Of a stretch of DNA of 32,000 nucleotides, positions 7,685 through 18,093 are shown piece after piece; position 1 is the stretch's first letter, and every line of letters starts with the position of its first letter. This stretch comes from Pirellula staleyi DSM 6068 (lineage in GTDB: Bacteria; Planctomycetota; Planctomycetia; Pirellulales; Pirellulaceae): contig CP001848.1 in assembly GCA_000025185.1 (NCBI GenBank), forward strand, positions 4,260,001 through 4,292,000, in the 5' to 3' direction. Under the pieces are notes generated by a model that was not told the DNA's origin, made no database searches, and saw nothing but the letters and a program-made list of their open reading frames with translations. The translations under genes were made by a program, and so were the position numbers.

Positions 7685-8563
7685 ATGTCGCGTCGCCATG
7701 CTTTCACGTTGGTCGAACTGCTCGTTGTGATTGCCATCATCGGCGTGCTCGTAGCGCTGCTGCTCCCTGCAGTTCAGGCGGCTCGCGAAGCAGCTCGTGC
7801 TTCGCAGTGCAAAAACAACTTGCGGCAAGTGGCCATCGCTCTGCATAACCACCATGACACCTTCGGTGCTATGCCCGCAGGCTGGAATGGTGCTTCGCCC
7901 GAAGAAGGGCCAGGTTGGGGCTGGAACGCTGCCATCCTGCCGCAGATGGAACAAAAGCCCCTCTTCGATCGGATTCAGTTTGGCGTCTCTATTGCCGACC
8001 CTGCCAGTCAGTCCATTCGCGAAACGGTGATTCCTTCGCTGCTGTGCCCCTCCGACGCTCATCCCAAGCAATTCATGATTGGTGGTGGAGAGGAAGAGCA
8101 CGAGCACGAGGAAGGGGAACACCATAACATCGACGAGGGTCCAGCTCTCTTTCAAATGGCACGGTCGAACTACCCCGGTGTCTTTGGCTCCCTGGAAATC
8201 GAAGATGCGGCCCCAGCAGGGGACGGCATGTTCTTCTTCCGCAGCACCACGCGATTTGCTGACGTCACCGACGGCACCAGCAACACGCTGATGGCTGGCG
8301 AGCGTCACTCGAAACTTGGTGGCAGTGTCTGGGCGGGCATGGTGGAAGGTTCGGCCGAAGCGATGGCCCGAGTCGTCGGCATCTCCGATCATACGCCTAA
8401 TCACCGCGATGCCCACTTCGATGACTTCTCGAGCTATCACCCCTCGGGCGTTCATTTCGCCTTGGCTGATGCCAGTGTTCGTCGCTTCAGCGACACGATC
8501 GACCTCGCCGTCTATCAGGCTCTCTGCACCCGAGGTGGTGGCGAAGTCGCTCAAGCTCCTTAG
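7685..8563 (+). CDS. DUF1559 / H-X9-DG family protein with prepilin-type leader (paralogue of 4969..6054)
   Basis: The leader is MSRRHA|FTLVELLVVIAIIGVLVALLLPAVQAAREAARASQCKNNLRQ, with Ala rather than Gly at -1. The C-terminal motif is the variant HPSGVHFALADASVRRF (H-X9-DA). GGAAGG lies upstream of ATG 7685. The protein contains an acidic and His-rich insert, GGGEEEHEHEEGEHHNIDEG. Confidence 0.88.
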   Translation: MSRRHAFTLVELLVVIAIIGVLVALLLPAVQAAREAARASQCKNNLRQVAIALHNHHDTFGAMPAGWNGASPEEGPGWGWNAAILPQMEQKPLFDRIQFGVSIADPASQSIRETVIPSLLCPSDAHPKQFMIGGGEEEHEHEEGEHHNIDEGPALFQMARSNYPGVFGSLEIEDAAPAGDGMFFFRSTTRFADVTDGTSNTLMAGERHSKLGGSVWAGMVEGSAEAMARVVGISDHTPNHRDAHFDDFSSYHPSGVHFALADASVRRFSDTIDLAVYQALCTRGGGEVAQAP

Positions 8564-8587
8564 TCGCCGCTCACCTTACCGATCTCT

Positions 8588-8627
8588 GGATGCAGTACTC
8601 GCTCGCTATTTAGCAGCGAGTGCATCC
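8588..8627 (+). terminator. Imperfect hairpin downstream of the DUF1559 gene (possible terminator, no U-tract)
   Basis: GGATGCA..CTCGCT (8588-8603) pairs with AGCGAG.TGCATCC (8614-8627), with a 3-nt bulge. No T-run follows, so terminator function is uncertain. Confidence 0.3.
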
Positions 8628-8892
8628 TGAGTCAGGAAGTCATTCCGCAAGCGTCAGTCTTGGTTCGTATTGCGATCTTCTGGCTGCAGATCGATCTATG
8701 CCGCCGAGTGTCTACTTGCTCACCGCGGCGACGACCTACGGCAATTCTCGGCGGAATACTCTACCGCCACTCGCTGGGCTTTCCGACGCGCTATAATCGT
8801 GCGTGGCTGGTCCCCCGGCCTGTTTGTGTTCTGGAGGCTTCCGGCACTCGAACTTTGGTGATTGATTCCCCAACAGCCGAGCAACTTTCCTG

Positions 8893-10302
<1,410 letters not shown>

Positions 10303-10352
10303 TCGATGCTTGGAAGTGAGTTTTGCTGAGCCCGCACAGATGTGAAGCTCGC

Positions 10353-10682
10353 CTATTCCCCCATTTTGCCGAGTTCTGTCAGCAACTCGGCCATTTCTCC
10401 GGCAGGATGCATCTTTCCCTGCCGGCGGGCCTCTTCGATGCCGGTTCGCAGCACAGCGCGAGCTTCGTTAATGCGGTCCATACGGACCAGCAACTGCGCC
10501 CCACGCAAGAACGAGGCGACATGGGGCGGATTATCGCGCGTCAGCCCATCGAACAGCTTCCAAGCTTCTTCGTCGCGCCCCTCGTTGTCGTACTCACAGG
10601 CGAGGCCGTAGCGCAGAAACTCGTCGTTGGGCTCGTTTTGGAGCATCGCTTCGATTTTTTCGCGTCGGGATAGTCCGCTCAT
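10353..10682 (-). CDS. Small tetratricopeptide-repeat (TPR-like) protein
   Basis: From ATG 10682 the product is MSGLSRREKIEAMLQNEPNDEFLRYGLACEYDNEGRDEEAWKLFDGLTRDNPPHVASFLRGAQLLVRMDRINEARAVLRTGIEEARRQG. This reads as two or three helical-hairpin repeats with TPR-like spacing. The track ORF starts 25 codons further upstream. Confidence 0.55.
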   Translation of the reverse strand: MSGLSRREKIEAMLQNEPNDEFLRYGLACEYDNEGRDEEAWKLFDGLTRDNPPHVASFLRGAQLLVRMDRINEARAVLRTGIEEARRQGKMHPAGEMAELLTELGKMGE

Positions 10683-11226
10683 AGCTTCTTTAGGGGGTAA
10701 GGTTGTGATGGTCGCCGACGCACACCCAGCGCCGAATCTGACGACCATGCTATTCAACTAGTCTAGTGGAGAACCTCCTCCGCGAACATCGCCTACGCCA
10801 CCAAGCCGTAATTCTGTATGCAATTCGATGCGGCGCAAACAATGCTGCTGTAGATACTTAGCGTTTCACCTGCAGTGCTTTTCCTCGTTCAGTTGCAGGC
10901 ACTCTCTGCTGTCTAACGGGGGGCTAGTAACTGTCAGCATGCGTATCTGCGGCGAGATGGGAAGACTGCGTCGACTTATCCTCTTAACGAAGGCTTATCG
11001 GTCGATACCCATTTTTTGGATTTTCCCATGAATGCGGATCGAAACAGTTGGTACGCCCGGCATGGTGTGCCCGGCCACGAATAGATGCGGTTGCAGCAAT
11101 CGATCCCCGAGTCGTAGCTGCGTGAATCATGGGCCTCAAGGCGGACGCCCAAGCGATTCGACACCCGCTTGTTCATTAGCGTTCAAAGAGAGTTGACCCA
11201 CGGCGGACGAAAAAGGGAGTTTTCAA

Positions 11227-12582
11227 ATGAAGGTGAATTGGCTTGCAGCTGCGACGATGGCGATCGCGGCCAGTGTTGGCGTGCCGCTTGTGGCCACCGC
11301 CCAAACCCCAGCTTACAGCGTTTCGGATGTTGTTTACGATCCAGCTCCGCCGATGCCAATGTCGGCCAGCGATATGCCTGCTGCTCCTGCTGCGGCTCCT
11401 TGTGCTTGCGAAGCCTGCGAGGCTGCCGAGGAAGAAGAAGCCGAGTGCGAGCCATGGCGCCTGTTCTGCCAAAAAGAATGTGGCTGGAACATCTACGGCC
11501 ACGTCGCTGGTGGCATTATGGCCAGCACGAACAACTCGAGCGACGGCTTTAACGGCCCAGTTTCCTTTGCCGACCAAGACCGAGGTCAGCTCAATCAGCT
11601 CTACGTGACGCTCGAAAACACGATCGACACGGGCGGATGCGGCTGGGATATCGGTGGACGCGTCGACCTGCTGTACGGCAGCGACTTTATCTTCACACCA
11701 GCCATTGGCCTCGAAACCAGCGACGACTACTTCCCATCGCTGCAGTGGGGCAATGCGACCGACGAATACGGCCTGGCCATGCCACAAGCCTATGCCGAAG
11801 TCGGTTACAACGACCTGTCGATCAAGCTCGGTCACTTCTACACCAACATTGGTTACGAAGTGGTTCCTGCTACTGGCAACTTCTTCTACACCCACGCCTA
11901 CACCATGCAGTACGGCGAGCCCTTCACCCACACCGGTGCCATCGCTACCTACAAGTACAGCGATACCACCACACTGGTTGGCGGCGTTGTTAACGGCTGG
12001 GATGCCCTCGATCGTCCTGTCGACACTGCTGCTGCACTCGTGGGCCTCACCTGGACCAACGGCGAAGACCTCACCATTGCCTACGCTGGTATCGTCAGCC
12101 CCGACGAACCTAACCTCGGCGGTGTAACCTTCACCAACCGTAACATGCAGAGCATCGTGGTCACGTACAACGTGAGCGAAAGCCTCACCTACGTGTTCCA
12201 AAGCGACGCTGGCTACCAACTAGAGGGCAGCCCTTTCACCGGCAACTCGGCTGAATGGTACGGCGTCAACCAATACCTGTTCTATACCATCAACGACTGC
12301 TGGAAGGCCGGCATGCGATTCGAATGGTTCCGCGACGACGACGGTGCCCGCGTGACCGGTCTGCGTCAAGGTAACGCCGTGTTTGGTAGCGGTTGGGCTG
12401 GCGATTTCTACAACCTGACCGTGGGTATGAACTACACCCCAACGGCCAACCTGACGATTCGCCCCGAGCTTCGCTACGACTTCACCGACGTCGAACAATC
12501 GCTCAACGGCGACCTGCCATTCAACGATGGCACCGACAGCGATCAGCTTCTGCTCGGTTTCGACGCTATCTACATCTTCTAA
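11227..12582 (+). CDS. Outer-membrane beta-barrel (porin-like) protein
   Basis: The signal peptide is MKVNWLAAATMAIAASVGVPLVATAQ. Alternating amphipathic strands rich in aromatic girdle residues and Gly follow. The C-terminal OMP signature ends in Phe (LLLGFDAIYIF). A GGGAG Shine-Dalgarno lies 7 nt upstream of the ATG. Confidence 0.72.
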   Translation: MKVNWLAAATMAIAASVGVPLVATAQTPAYSVSDVVYDPAPPMPMSASDMPAAPAAAPCACEACEAAEEEEAECEPWRLFCQKECGWNIYGHVAGGIMASTNNSSDGFNGPVSFADQDRGQLNQLYVTLENTIDTGGCGWDIGGRVDLLYGSDFIFTPAIGLETSDDYFPSLQWGNATDEYGLAMPQAYAEVGYNDLSIKLGHFYTNIGYEVVPATGNFFYTHAYTMQYGEPFTHTGAIATYKYSDTTTLVGGVVNGWDALDRPVDTAAALVGLTWTNGEDLTIAYAGIVSPDEPNLGGVTFTNRNMQSIVVTYNVSESLTYVFQSDAGYQLEGSPFTGNSAEWYGVNQYLFYTINDCWKAGMRFEWFRDDDGARVTGLRQGNAVFGSGWAGDFYNLTVGMNYTPTANLTIRPELRYDFTDVEQSLNGDLPFNDGTDSDQLLLGFDAIYIF

Positions 12583-12621
12583 TCGAAGATCTTGATCGTC
12601 GAATCATCGAAAACTCCATCG

Positions 12622-12670
12622 CCGCTGGCCTCCCTTTGCACTGTGAAGAGAGGCCAGCGGTTTGGCGTTT
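12622..12670 (+). terminator. Probable rho-independent terminator of the porin-like gene
   Basis: An 11-bp perfect stem, CCGCTGGCCTC (12622-12632) pairing with GAGGCCAGCGG (12650-12660), encloses a 17-nt loop. It is followed by TTTGGCGTTTC. Confidence 0.5.
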
Positions 12671-12898
12671 CTTGCCGCAAAATCAGGTCGCGAGCACACT
12701 TCCAAGGGATCGCCACGACCGAATTCTGAACCTGGCCTTCACGAGAACTTGATCTAGCGTAAGCTCCCCGGCCTTTTCTATCCTTAGCACCGCTTCTACG
12801 CTGGGAAGCTTGTCACGGCCGGGAATCGAGGCGAGTTGACCGTCGCTCTTATGCAGTGACAGATCGCCACTCCTGAACGTGCTGGAGACTGCTGCTCG

Positions 12899-14284
12899 AT
12901 GAGGCTGATCACTCGTTTTCGCCGTTGGCTAATTCTGCAAGTTGTCGTGCTCTTAATCGCGGCCCTGATCAGCTCGGCCGTTTTAGCCAAGCAGCCTGCG
13001 GCGACACATGTGGCGCTGTGGTCGCTGGTGACGATTGCCATCGTTGCCATGGGCTATGTCAGCTATAGCTCGATCGAGAATATCGTCTCGCCTCTTGCGC
13101 TCCTTTCCGACTCGGTTCGTCGCAGCAAAATGATCGACGAATCGGTTCCACTGAATATCGACCCCGATAACGACCTGGCGCTGCTGTCGGACTCTTTTGG
13201 ACAGATGCAGGAAAAGCTGGCGCATCGCGTCGACGAGGTGCAAGAGAACACCGAGCGACTTCAAACCGTGCTCCAAAGCATGGTGGAAGGAGTGCTGGCC
13301 GTTGACCCGGAGCACTCGATCATGCTGGCCAACGATGCCGCTCGAAAAATGCTCGACTTTGCCAAGTCGAACCCGCTGGGACGGCCACTTCTTGAGGTGA
13401 CACGAGCACGGCCTGTTTTCGAAGCGGTGAACACCGCATTTAACTCCCCCGGACCTGTCGAACTGGAGTTTGAATCCCCAGGCGTCCATCGCCGCTGCCT
13501 GGCGTTGCACGCCACTCGACTCCCAGGTTCGCCATGTCCCGGCGTGATGCTGGTGCTGCGCGATGTTTCGGAACTTCGTCGGCTAGAAAACTTACGCCGC
13601 GAGCTCGTGGCCAATGTGTCGCACGAACTGAAAACACCGCTGGCTGCGATTAAGGCCTACGCTGAAACGCTTCGACTCGGGGCAGTTAACGATCCGGAAA
13701 TCAACCTCACCTTTGTGCATCGGATCGAGGAGCAAGCAGAACGACTTCACGAGCTCATTCTCGATATCCTGCAGATCGCCCGCGTGGAAGCTGGACAAGA
13801 GGCGTTCGAAATCTGCGATGTTCCGCTGCATGAATTGATTGAAGAATGCCTCGCTCAGTTTGCCGATCTCGCTCAGAGCAAGCGAGTCGAACTGATTGGC
13901 CCCCCGATCGATCAAGAGATTTTCGTTCGAGGGGACGAGGAAGGGGTGCGCACGATTCTCAACAACCTCGTCGACAATGCGATTAAGTACACACCGGCCG
14001 ATGGCCGCGTTACGGTGCGGTGCACAATCGAAACATCGGCTGTCATGCTCGAAGTGCAAGACACAGGAATTGGGATTGCTGAAAAAGATCAAGCGCGGGT
14101 CTTCGAGCGGTTTTATCGTGTCGACAAAGCCCGCTCGCGCGAAATGGGTGGCACCGGGCTCGGACTCTCGATTGTCAAACACCTTTCCCAGGCACTGGGG
14201 GGAAGCGTGGGACTCGATAGCACTATCGGCAAAGGCTCAACATTTCGTGTCCACCTGCCGCGGGCAATGTCGGGAAACAAATAA
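12899..14284 (+). CDS. Sensor histidine kinase (2 TM - HAMP-like - PAS - HisKA - HATPase_c; PhoR/SphS-like architecture)
   Basis: Two N-terminal TM helices are separated by only a few residues. The PAS segment is LQTVLQSMVEGVLAVDPEHSIMLANDAARKML, the H-box is ELVANVSHELKTPLAAI, the N-box is LNNLVDNAIKYT, and the G-boxes are QDTGIGI and GGTGLGLSIVKH. No response regulator is adjacent. Confidence 0.9.
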   Translation: MRLITRFRRWLILQVVVLLIAALISSAVLAKQPAATHVALWSLVTIAIVAMGYVSYSSIENIVSPLALLSDSVRRSKMIDESVPLNIDPDNDLALLSDSFGQMQEKLAHRVDEVQENTERLQTVLQSMVEGVLAVDPEHSIMLANDAARKMLDFAKSNPLGRPLLEVTRARPVFEAVNTAFNSPGPVELEFESPGVHRRCLALHATRLPGSPCPGVMLVLRDVSELRRLENLRRELVANVSHELKTPLAAIKAYAETLRLGAVNDPEINLTFVHRIEEQAERLHELILDILQIARVEAGQEAFEICDVPLHELIEECLAQFADLAQSKRVELIGPPIDQEIFVRGDEEGVRTILNNLVDNAIKYTPADGRVTVRCTIETSAVMLEVQDTGIGIAEKDQARVFERFYRVDKARSREMGGTGLGLSIVKHLSQALGGSVGLDSTIGKGSTFRVHLPRAMSGNK

Positions 14285-14316
14285 AATTCCGGTATCAGCC
14301 GCACTTCGCAAAATGC

Positions 14317-17300
14317 TTAAGGGAGCGGCTGTGTGGAACGCAAATAGGCGAGCAAATCACGCAGCTCATCTTCCTTAAGAGCTCGCACAAGACCTTCGGG
14401 CATAATCGATTGTGGTAACGCACGCATCTCGTCGATCTCGTCGCGCGCGAGAGAAATCGATTCTCCCTCGGCTGTTCTCAACACAACCACCGATGCATCT
14501 TGATCGGCAATGTAGCCACTCAGCGTTCGGCCATCGGTGGTACGGACCAGAAATGTCTCGAAACCTTCGCGCACTTCGGCGCTCGGGTCGACCACGCTAA
14601 GCAATATCCCACGCAGATCTTCGCGGTGATGACTCGTAAGGTTGGGGCCAACTTGTCCTCCCTCGCCAAAAAGCGTGTGACATTTTCCGCAGGACTGCGC
14701 GTAAAGTTTTTTGCCCCGGTACGGATTTCCAATGCCTGCTTCAGCGACTTTCACCAGGCGATCAACTTCCGCGCGCAGCGCCGTGGGATCGCGGCCTGCT
14801 GGTTTGGGTAAATGCTTCGCAGCGAGTATGGCGATCGCATCGGCTTCGTAGAGGAGTAAGCGGCGAACATTCGCTTCACCAATCGTTGCGGCATCGATCT
14901 TGCCAGCGTCGATAGCCTGCAGAAGCGCGAGGGCCCATTTCTCGCGACTCACCAGCAGCGACTGCGCGAGTTGACGCTGTTCGTCGGCTAGCTGCGGATA
15001 AGTAGCGAGCACGCGCGCGGCGATATCGTCGCTCGCGAATGTTTGTAGCGCCGAAAGTGTGGCAGCACGCAGTGAATCGCTTGAGGTCTTGTCGAGAATC
15101 GTCAGCAGCGGAGGAACCACCCGAGGTTCCTTTAGCTGTGCGAGCACTGCAATCATCATTCCTCGCGACGCGCCGTCGGCAGACTCGTCGGCAATCGTTA
15201 AGAGGGCATTCTCGATGGCTGCAGGGTCGCGCCGACGTAGCTTCAGCAGCGGCGATTCGACACCGGCAGCTGCGATCGCATCGGCAAGTTCATCGGGCAA
15301 CTTAGCCATGGCGCGGCCTTGCGTTGCTTCCTCCATGGCCGACATCAGCAGCAGCGATTCAGGTTTTCCCGGCGCTAGTCGCATCAGTTTGGCAGCATCG
15401 AGCAGATCCTTGCGCTGCGCTGTGAGCACCAGTCGTTTCATCAGTTTGGGAGCCAAAACCTTTTGCACGATCGCATGATTCCACCATTCACGCTGCGAGA
15501 ACATCGCCAGTACATCGCCGCGAGCTTGATCGGTTTTGGCTTCGATACCCCACCAGATCATTTGGGGTAAGTGCGGGTCTGCTACATCTTCATCGCGCGT
15601 TGCAAGCGACTCGAGAATCGGTAGCGCTTCTGGTGCCGGAAGTCGACGAGCACTCGCCGCAAGTTGACTCCTCACATCACTCGATGGCTCGTGCTGCGCG
15701 AGTTCGGCCAGGCTCTTGGCATAGGCTGGATCGACAGCACCATCGTCGCAAGCGAGGCGAATCGACCACGCTCGAACATGCTCGTCGCGATGCTTCAGCA
15801 GAGTAGTTGTCAGCGAGTCGGTGAGCGCCTGATTCCTGGCGAGGAGCCAAAGCGTTTCGAGTGCAGGCTGGCCATCGGACTCGGTAATCGCGCTGCTTAG
15901 CTGGGCGATATCGGACTTCGTCAATCGCTCCTGAAGCACGCTACTAGCGGATTGTCGACGCCAACGTTCTGTCCCTTTGATTGCCGTCTCTATAAACTCC
16001 TCGTGGTTTTGCGGGAGCTTACGCGAGGCAATGTTTTCCTTTGGAGCAATGCGATAGATACGTCCACTTTCGACATCAACGCGGCCTTGCATGTGACTCG
16101 CGTGATCGATTCGTTGTTCGTAGAAATCGGCTACGTACACACATCCATCGGGTCCCAGTTGCAGATCGACAGGACGGAACCACGGGTCTTTGCTCGCGAG
16201 CATTAATCCTGTGTCAGTGGTTTGGAACGACGAACCGTGTCGCGCCATCGAACTGTGGGTGACATGCCCCTGCAGAGGAGCTACTCCGAGCATCTCCCCG
16301 CGATATTTTGCGGGGAGTACCGTGTCGTCGTAGATCACTAGCGCATGGGTAAAGCGGGGCGCGTCGTGATGTTTCATCGAGTCGAGATAGCCGAGCGTGA
16401 ACGGATTGCTGTGCTGGCCATGTTTGCCAAACGACTTGGAATAGTAGCCACCTTGCACGTAGTGAAAGCCGCGCGTGTTGCCACCGTTATGCCCTGAAAA
16501 GAGCCGGCCTTGAGAGTCCCATTCCACGCCAAACGCATTGCCACCCCCTTCGGCAAAAACTTCGTATTTCTTCTGCCGAGGGTGATAGCGCCAGATGAGT
16601 TGCCCTTGCGATTCGACCGGTTTATCGCTGGAACCGTAACGTTTGATTCGTCCCGTGACGGTGCTCCCTTGGGCGGCATAGAGCCAGCCATCGGGACCCC
16701 ATCGCAAGTTGCTCGCTACGGAGTGCGCATCCTCGAGGCCAAACCCTTCGAGATGAACTTCGGGATCGCCGTCCGGCTGATCGTCGTGATTCTGATCGGG
16801 ATAGAACAGCAGATAGGGAGGCTGCAAGACCCACAAACCATCGTGATCGAATTCAAACGACGAGCACAAACTTAGCCCCTCGAGAAACACGCTGTGGCTT
16901 TCGAATTTGCCATCGCCATCGCGATCCTCGTGGATCGAGATCCGATCGCGCCCGGGAAAATGGTTCGGTGGAGGAGGGGGAAGTTTGTCGTAGACAGCGC
17001 GTAAAAATTTGTCTCGGCTCATCGCGGCCAGACCTGCCGGATGAGGATACTGACGATACTCGGCCACCCAGATGCGACCACGAGCATCGAACTTCATCGA
17101 AACGGGCTGCGCGATGTCAGGCTCAGCAAGGACGAGTTCGACCCGCAAATCTTCGGGGACTTCGAGCAGCGCCAGCGATGCTTGGGGCGTTTTTTTTCCT
17201 TCTTCGCCCGGAAGTTTTTTCAGACTAGCGCGAACTTCGGCTGCTGATTCGGTCTTCGAGAATTCAGCGCGTTTGGAGGAAAGAAAGTGGGTTGTCGCGT

Positions 17301-17835
17301 TCTTCAGTTGGGCAATATCGAATGCGGCAGGAGCAGTTCTTTTGGCCCAAGTACCTTCGAGTCGAATCGCGGTATCGCCCCAAAAAAGAATCGGCGCCGC
17401 GACATTAAAATTGCTACGCCCGTCGCGATGAAAGCATTGAATGACCACCTGCAGAACCCCGGAATCCTCCTTGATGGCGCTTGCTGGTATCTCGAATTCT
17501 TGGGTCGTGCCAAGTCCGGTCCGATAGTCGGGGGGAAGTGATCCTAGCGAGCCAATTTTAATGCCGTTCACATAAATTTCGCGCGCGTCGTCGACGGCCT
17601 CCACAATCAGCGAAACTTTTTCCGCTTGAGGTAACTCACGAGGAATGCGAACACCGGCATAGTAAATGGTATACGTTTCGTTCGCTGCCGGTCCTTTTTT
17701 CCAGTCGTCGGGAACTTTGCTATCGGTCCACGACTTGTCGATCGATGCAGGAGTTGCGGTGTCGTCGGCCACTGACAGCGACCATGACGCGAGAGCAAAA
17801 CTGCAGACAAACGAGAGAATGAGGCATCGCAGCAT
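14317..17835 (-). CDS. PVC-type multidomain heme protein: membrane-bound-dehydrogenase-like domain + HEAT repeats + C-terminal CxxCH cytochrome c domain
   Basis: Starting at ATG 17835 gives the signal peptide MLRCLILSFVCSFALASWSLSVA. An N-terminal beta-sandwich region comes first. The segment VELVLAEPDIAQPVSMKFDARGRIWVAEY is characteristic of the Pirellula/Verrucomicrobium 'membrane-bound dehydrogenase' domain. A long helical HEAT-like region follows. The heme motif CGKCH is encoded at 14677-14691, followed by GPNL. The track ORF extends 38 codons further, to 17949. Confidence 0.8.
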   Translation of the reverse strand: MLRCLILSFVCSFALASWSLSVADDTATPASIDKSWTDSKVPDDWKKGPAANETYTIYYAGVRIPRELPQAEKVSLIVEAVDDAREIYVNGIKIGSLGSLPPDYRTGLGTTQEFEIPASAIKEDSGVLQVVIQCFHRDGRSNFNVAAPILFWGDTAIRLEGTWAKRTAPAAFDIAQLKNATTHFLSSKRAEFSKTESAAEVRASLKKLPGEEGKKTPQASLALLEVPEDLRVELVLAEPDIAQPVSMKFDARGRIWVAEYRQYPHPAGLAAMSRDKFLRAVYDKLPPPPPNHFPGRDRISIHEDRDGDGKFESHSVFLEGLSLCSSFEFDHDGLWVLQPPYLLFYPDQNHDDQPDGDPEVHLEGFGLEDAHSVASNLRWGPDGWLYAAQGSTVTGRIKRYGSSDKPVESQGQLIWRYHPRQKKYEVFAEGGGNAFGVEWDSQGRLFSGHNGGNTRGFHYVQGGYYSKSFGKHGQHSNPFTLGYLDSMKHHDAPRFTHALVIYDDTVLPAKYRGEMLGVAPLQGHVTHSSMARHGSSFQTTDTGLMLASKDPWFRPVDLQLGPDGCVYVADFYEQRIDHASHMQGRVDVESGRIYRIAPKENIASRKLPQNHEEFIETAIKGTERWRRQSASSVLQERLTKSDIAQLSSAITESDGQPALETLWLLARNQALTDSLTTTLLKHRDEHVRAWSIRLACDDGAVDPAYAKSLAELAQHEPSSDVRSQLAASARRLPAPEALPILESLATRDEDVADPHLPQMIWWGIEAKTDQARGDVLAMFSQREWWNHAIVQKVLAPKLMKRLVLTAQRKDLLDAAKLMRLAPGKPESLLLMSAMEEATQGRAMAKLPDELADAIAAAGVESPLLKLRRRDPAAIENALLTIADESADGASRGMMIAVLAQLKEPRVVPPLLTILDKTSSDSLRAATLSALQTFASDDIAARVLATYPQLADEQRQLAQSLLVSREKWALALLQAIDAGKIDAATIGEANVRRLLLYEADAIAILAAKHLPKPAGRDPTALRAEVDRLVKVAEAGIGNPYRGKKLYAQSCGKCHTLFGEGGQVGPNLTSHHREDLRGILLSVVDPSAEVREGFETFLVRTTDGRTLSGYIADQDASVVVLRTAEGESISLARDEIDEMRALPQSIMPEGLVRALKEDELRDLLAYLRSTQPLP

Positions 17836-18093
17836 GAGGCAGATGCTCCTTGCTGGAACGAGGTTCGGGCAGGTTGGGAGTGCGACCGGCTGGATCGCAT
17901 GGAGGCGGGTCTGTGGCGATGATAAACCGATTCGTGTCGCACTGTCCAAGTTTTTTTCTGCTGATTCGTTTGTGAGCCAGATTCACGACCAGCCCTGCGA
18001 AGGGAGCCGGTTTTTGGTACGATCAAGCCTTGCTATCGCGCTGCCATTTTCTCCCTTTAATTTCCAGCTAATTAGCGAATAATCGTCCCGTTT

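Noticed and set aside
7433-8554. 373-aa minus-strand ORF, longer than the gene it overlaps
   Set aside because: It lies antisense to the DUF1559 gene, whose plus-strand translation carries unmistakable family signatures (prepilin leader, H-X9-D motif). The minus-strand translation is Arg/Gly/Ser-rich with no recognisable motif. It is a typical shadow ORF in GC-rich DNA.
8793-8798. Perfect TATAAT hexamer about 95 bp upstream of the AAA+ ATPase gene
   Set aside because: I found no acceptable -35 element at 16-19 bp spacing, and planctomycete promoter consensus is poorly defined. A single hexamer match is expected by chance.
10828-11176. Two small ORFs (67 aa on the plus strand, 66 aa on the minus strand) in the porin leader region
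   Set aside because: Their translations are Cys/Arg/Ser-rich, they lack a Shine-Dalgarno, and they overlap each other's strands. They are more likely non-coding.
11176-12219. 347-aa minus-strand ORF opposite the porin-like gene
   Set aside because: The plus strand has a signal peptide, beta-barrel periodicity, a C-terminal Phe signature and a good Shine-Dalgarno. The antisense translation is Val/Gly/Ala-rich and featureless.
12983-14182. 175-aa and 196-aa minus-strand ORFs inside the histidine kinase gene
   Set aside because: Both are antisense to clear PAS, HisKA and HATPase_c sequence. They are shadow ORFs.
17836-17949. 38-codon upstream extension of the PVC heme-protein ORF
   Set aside because: Met at 17835 starts a clean signal peptide. 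The extension would bury that signal inside the protein.
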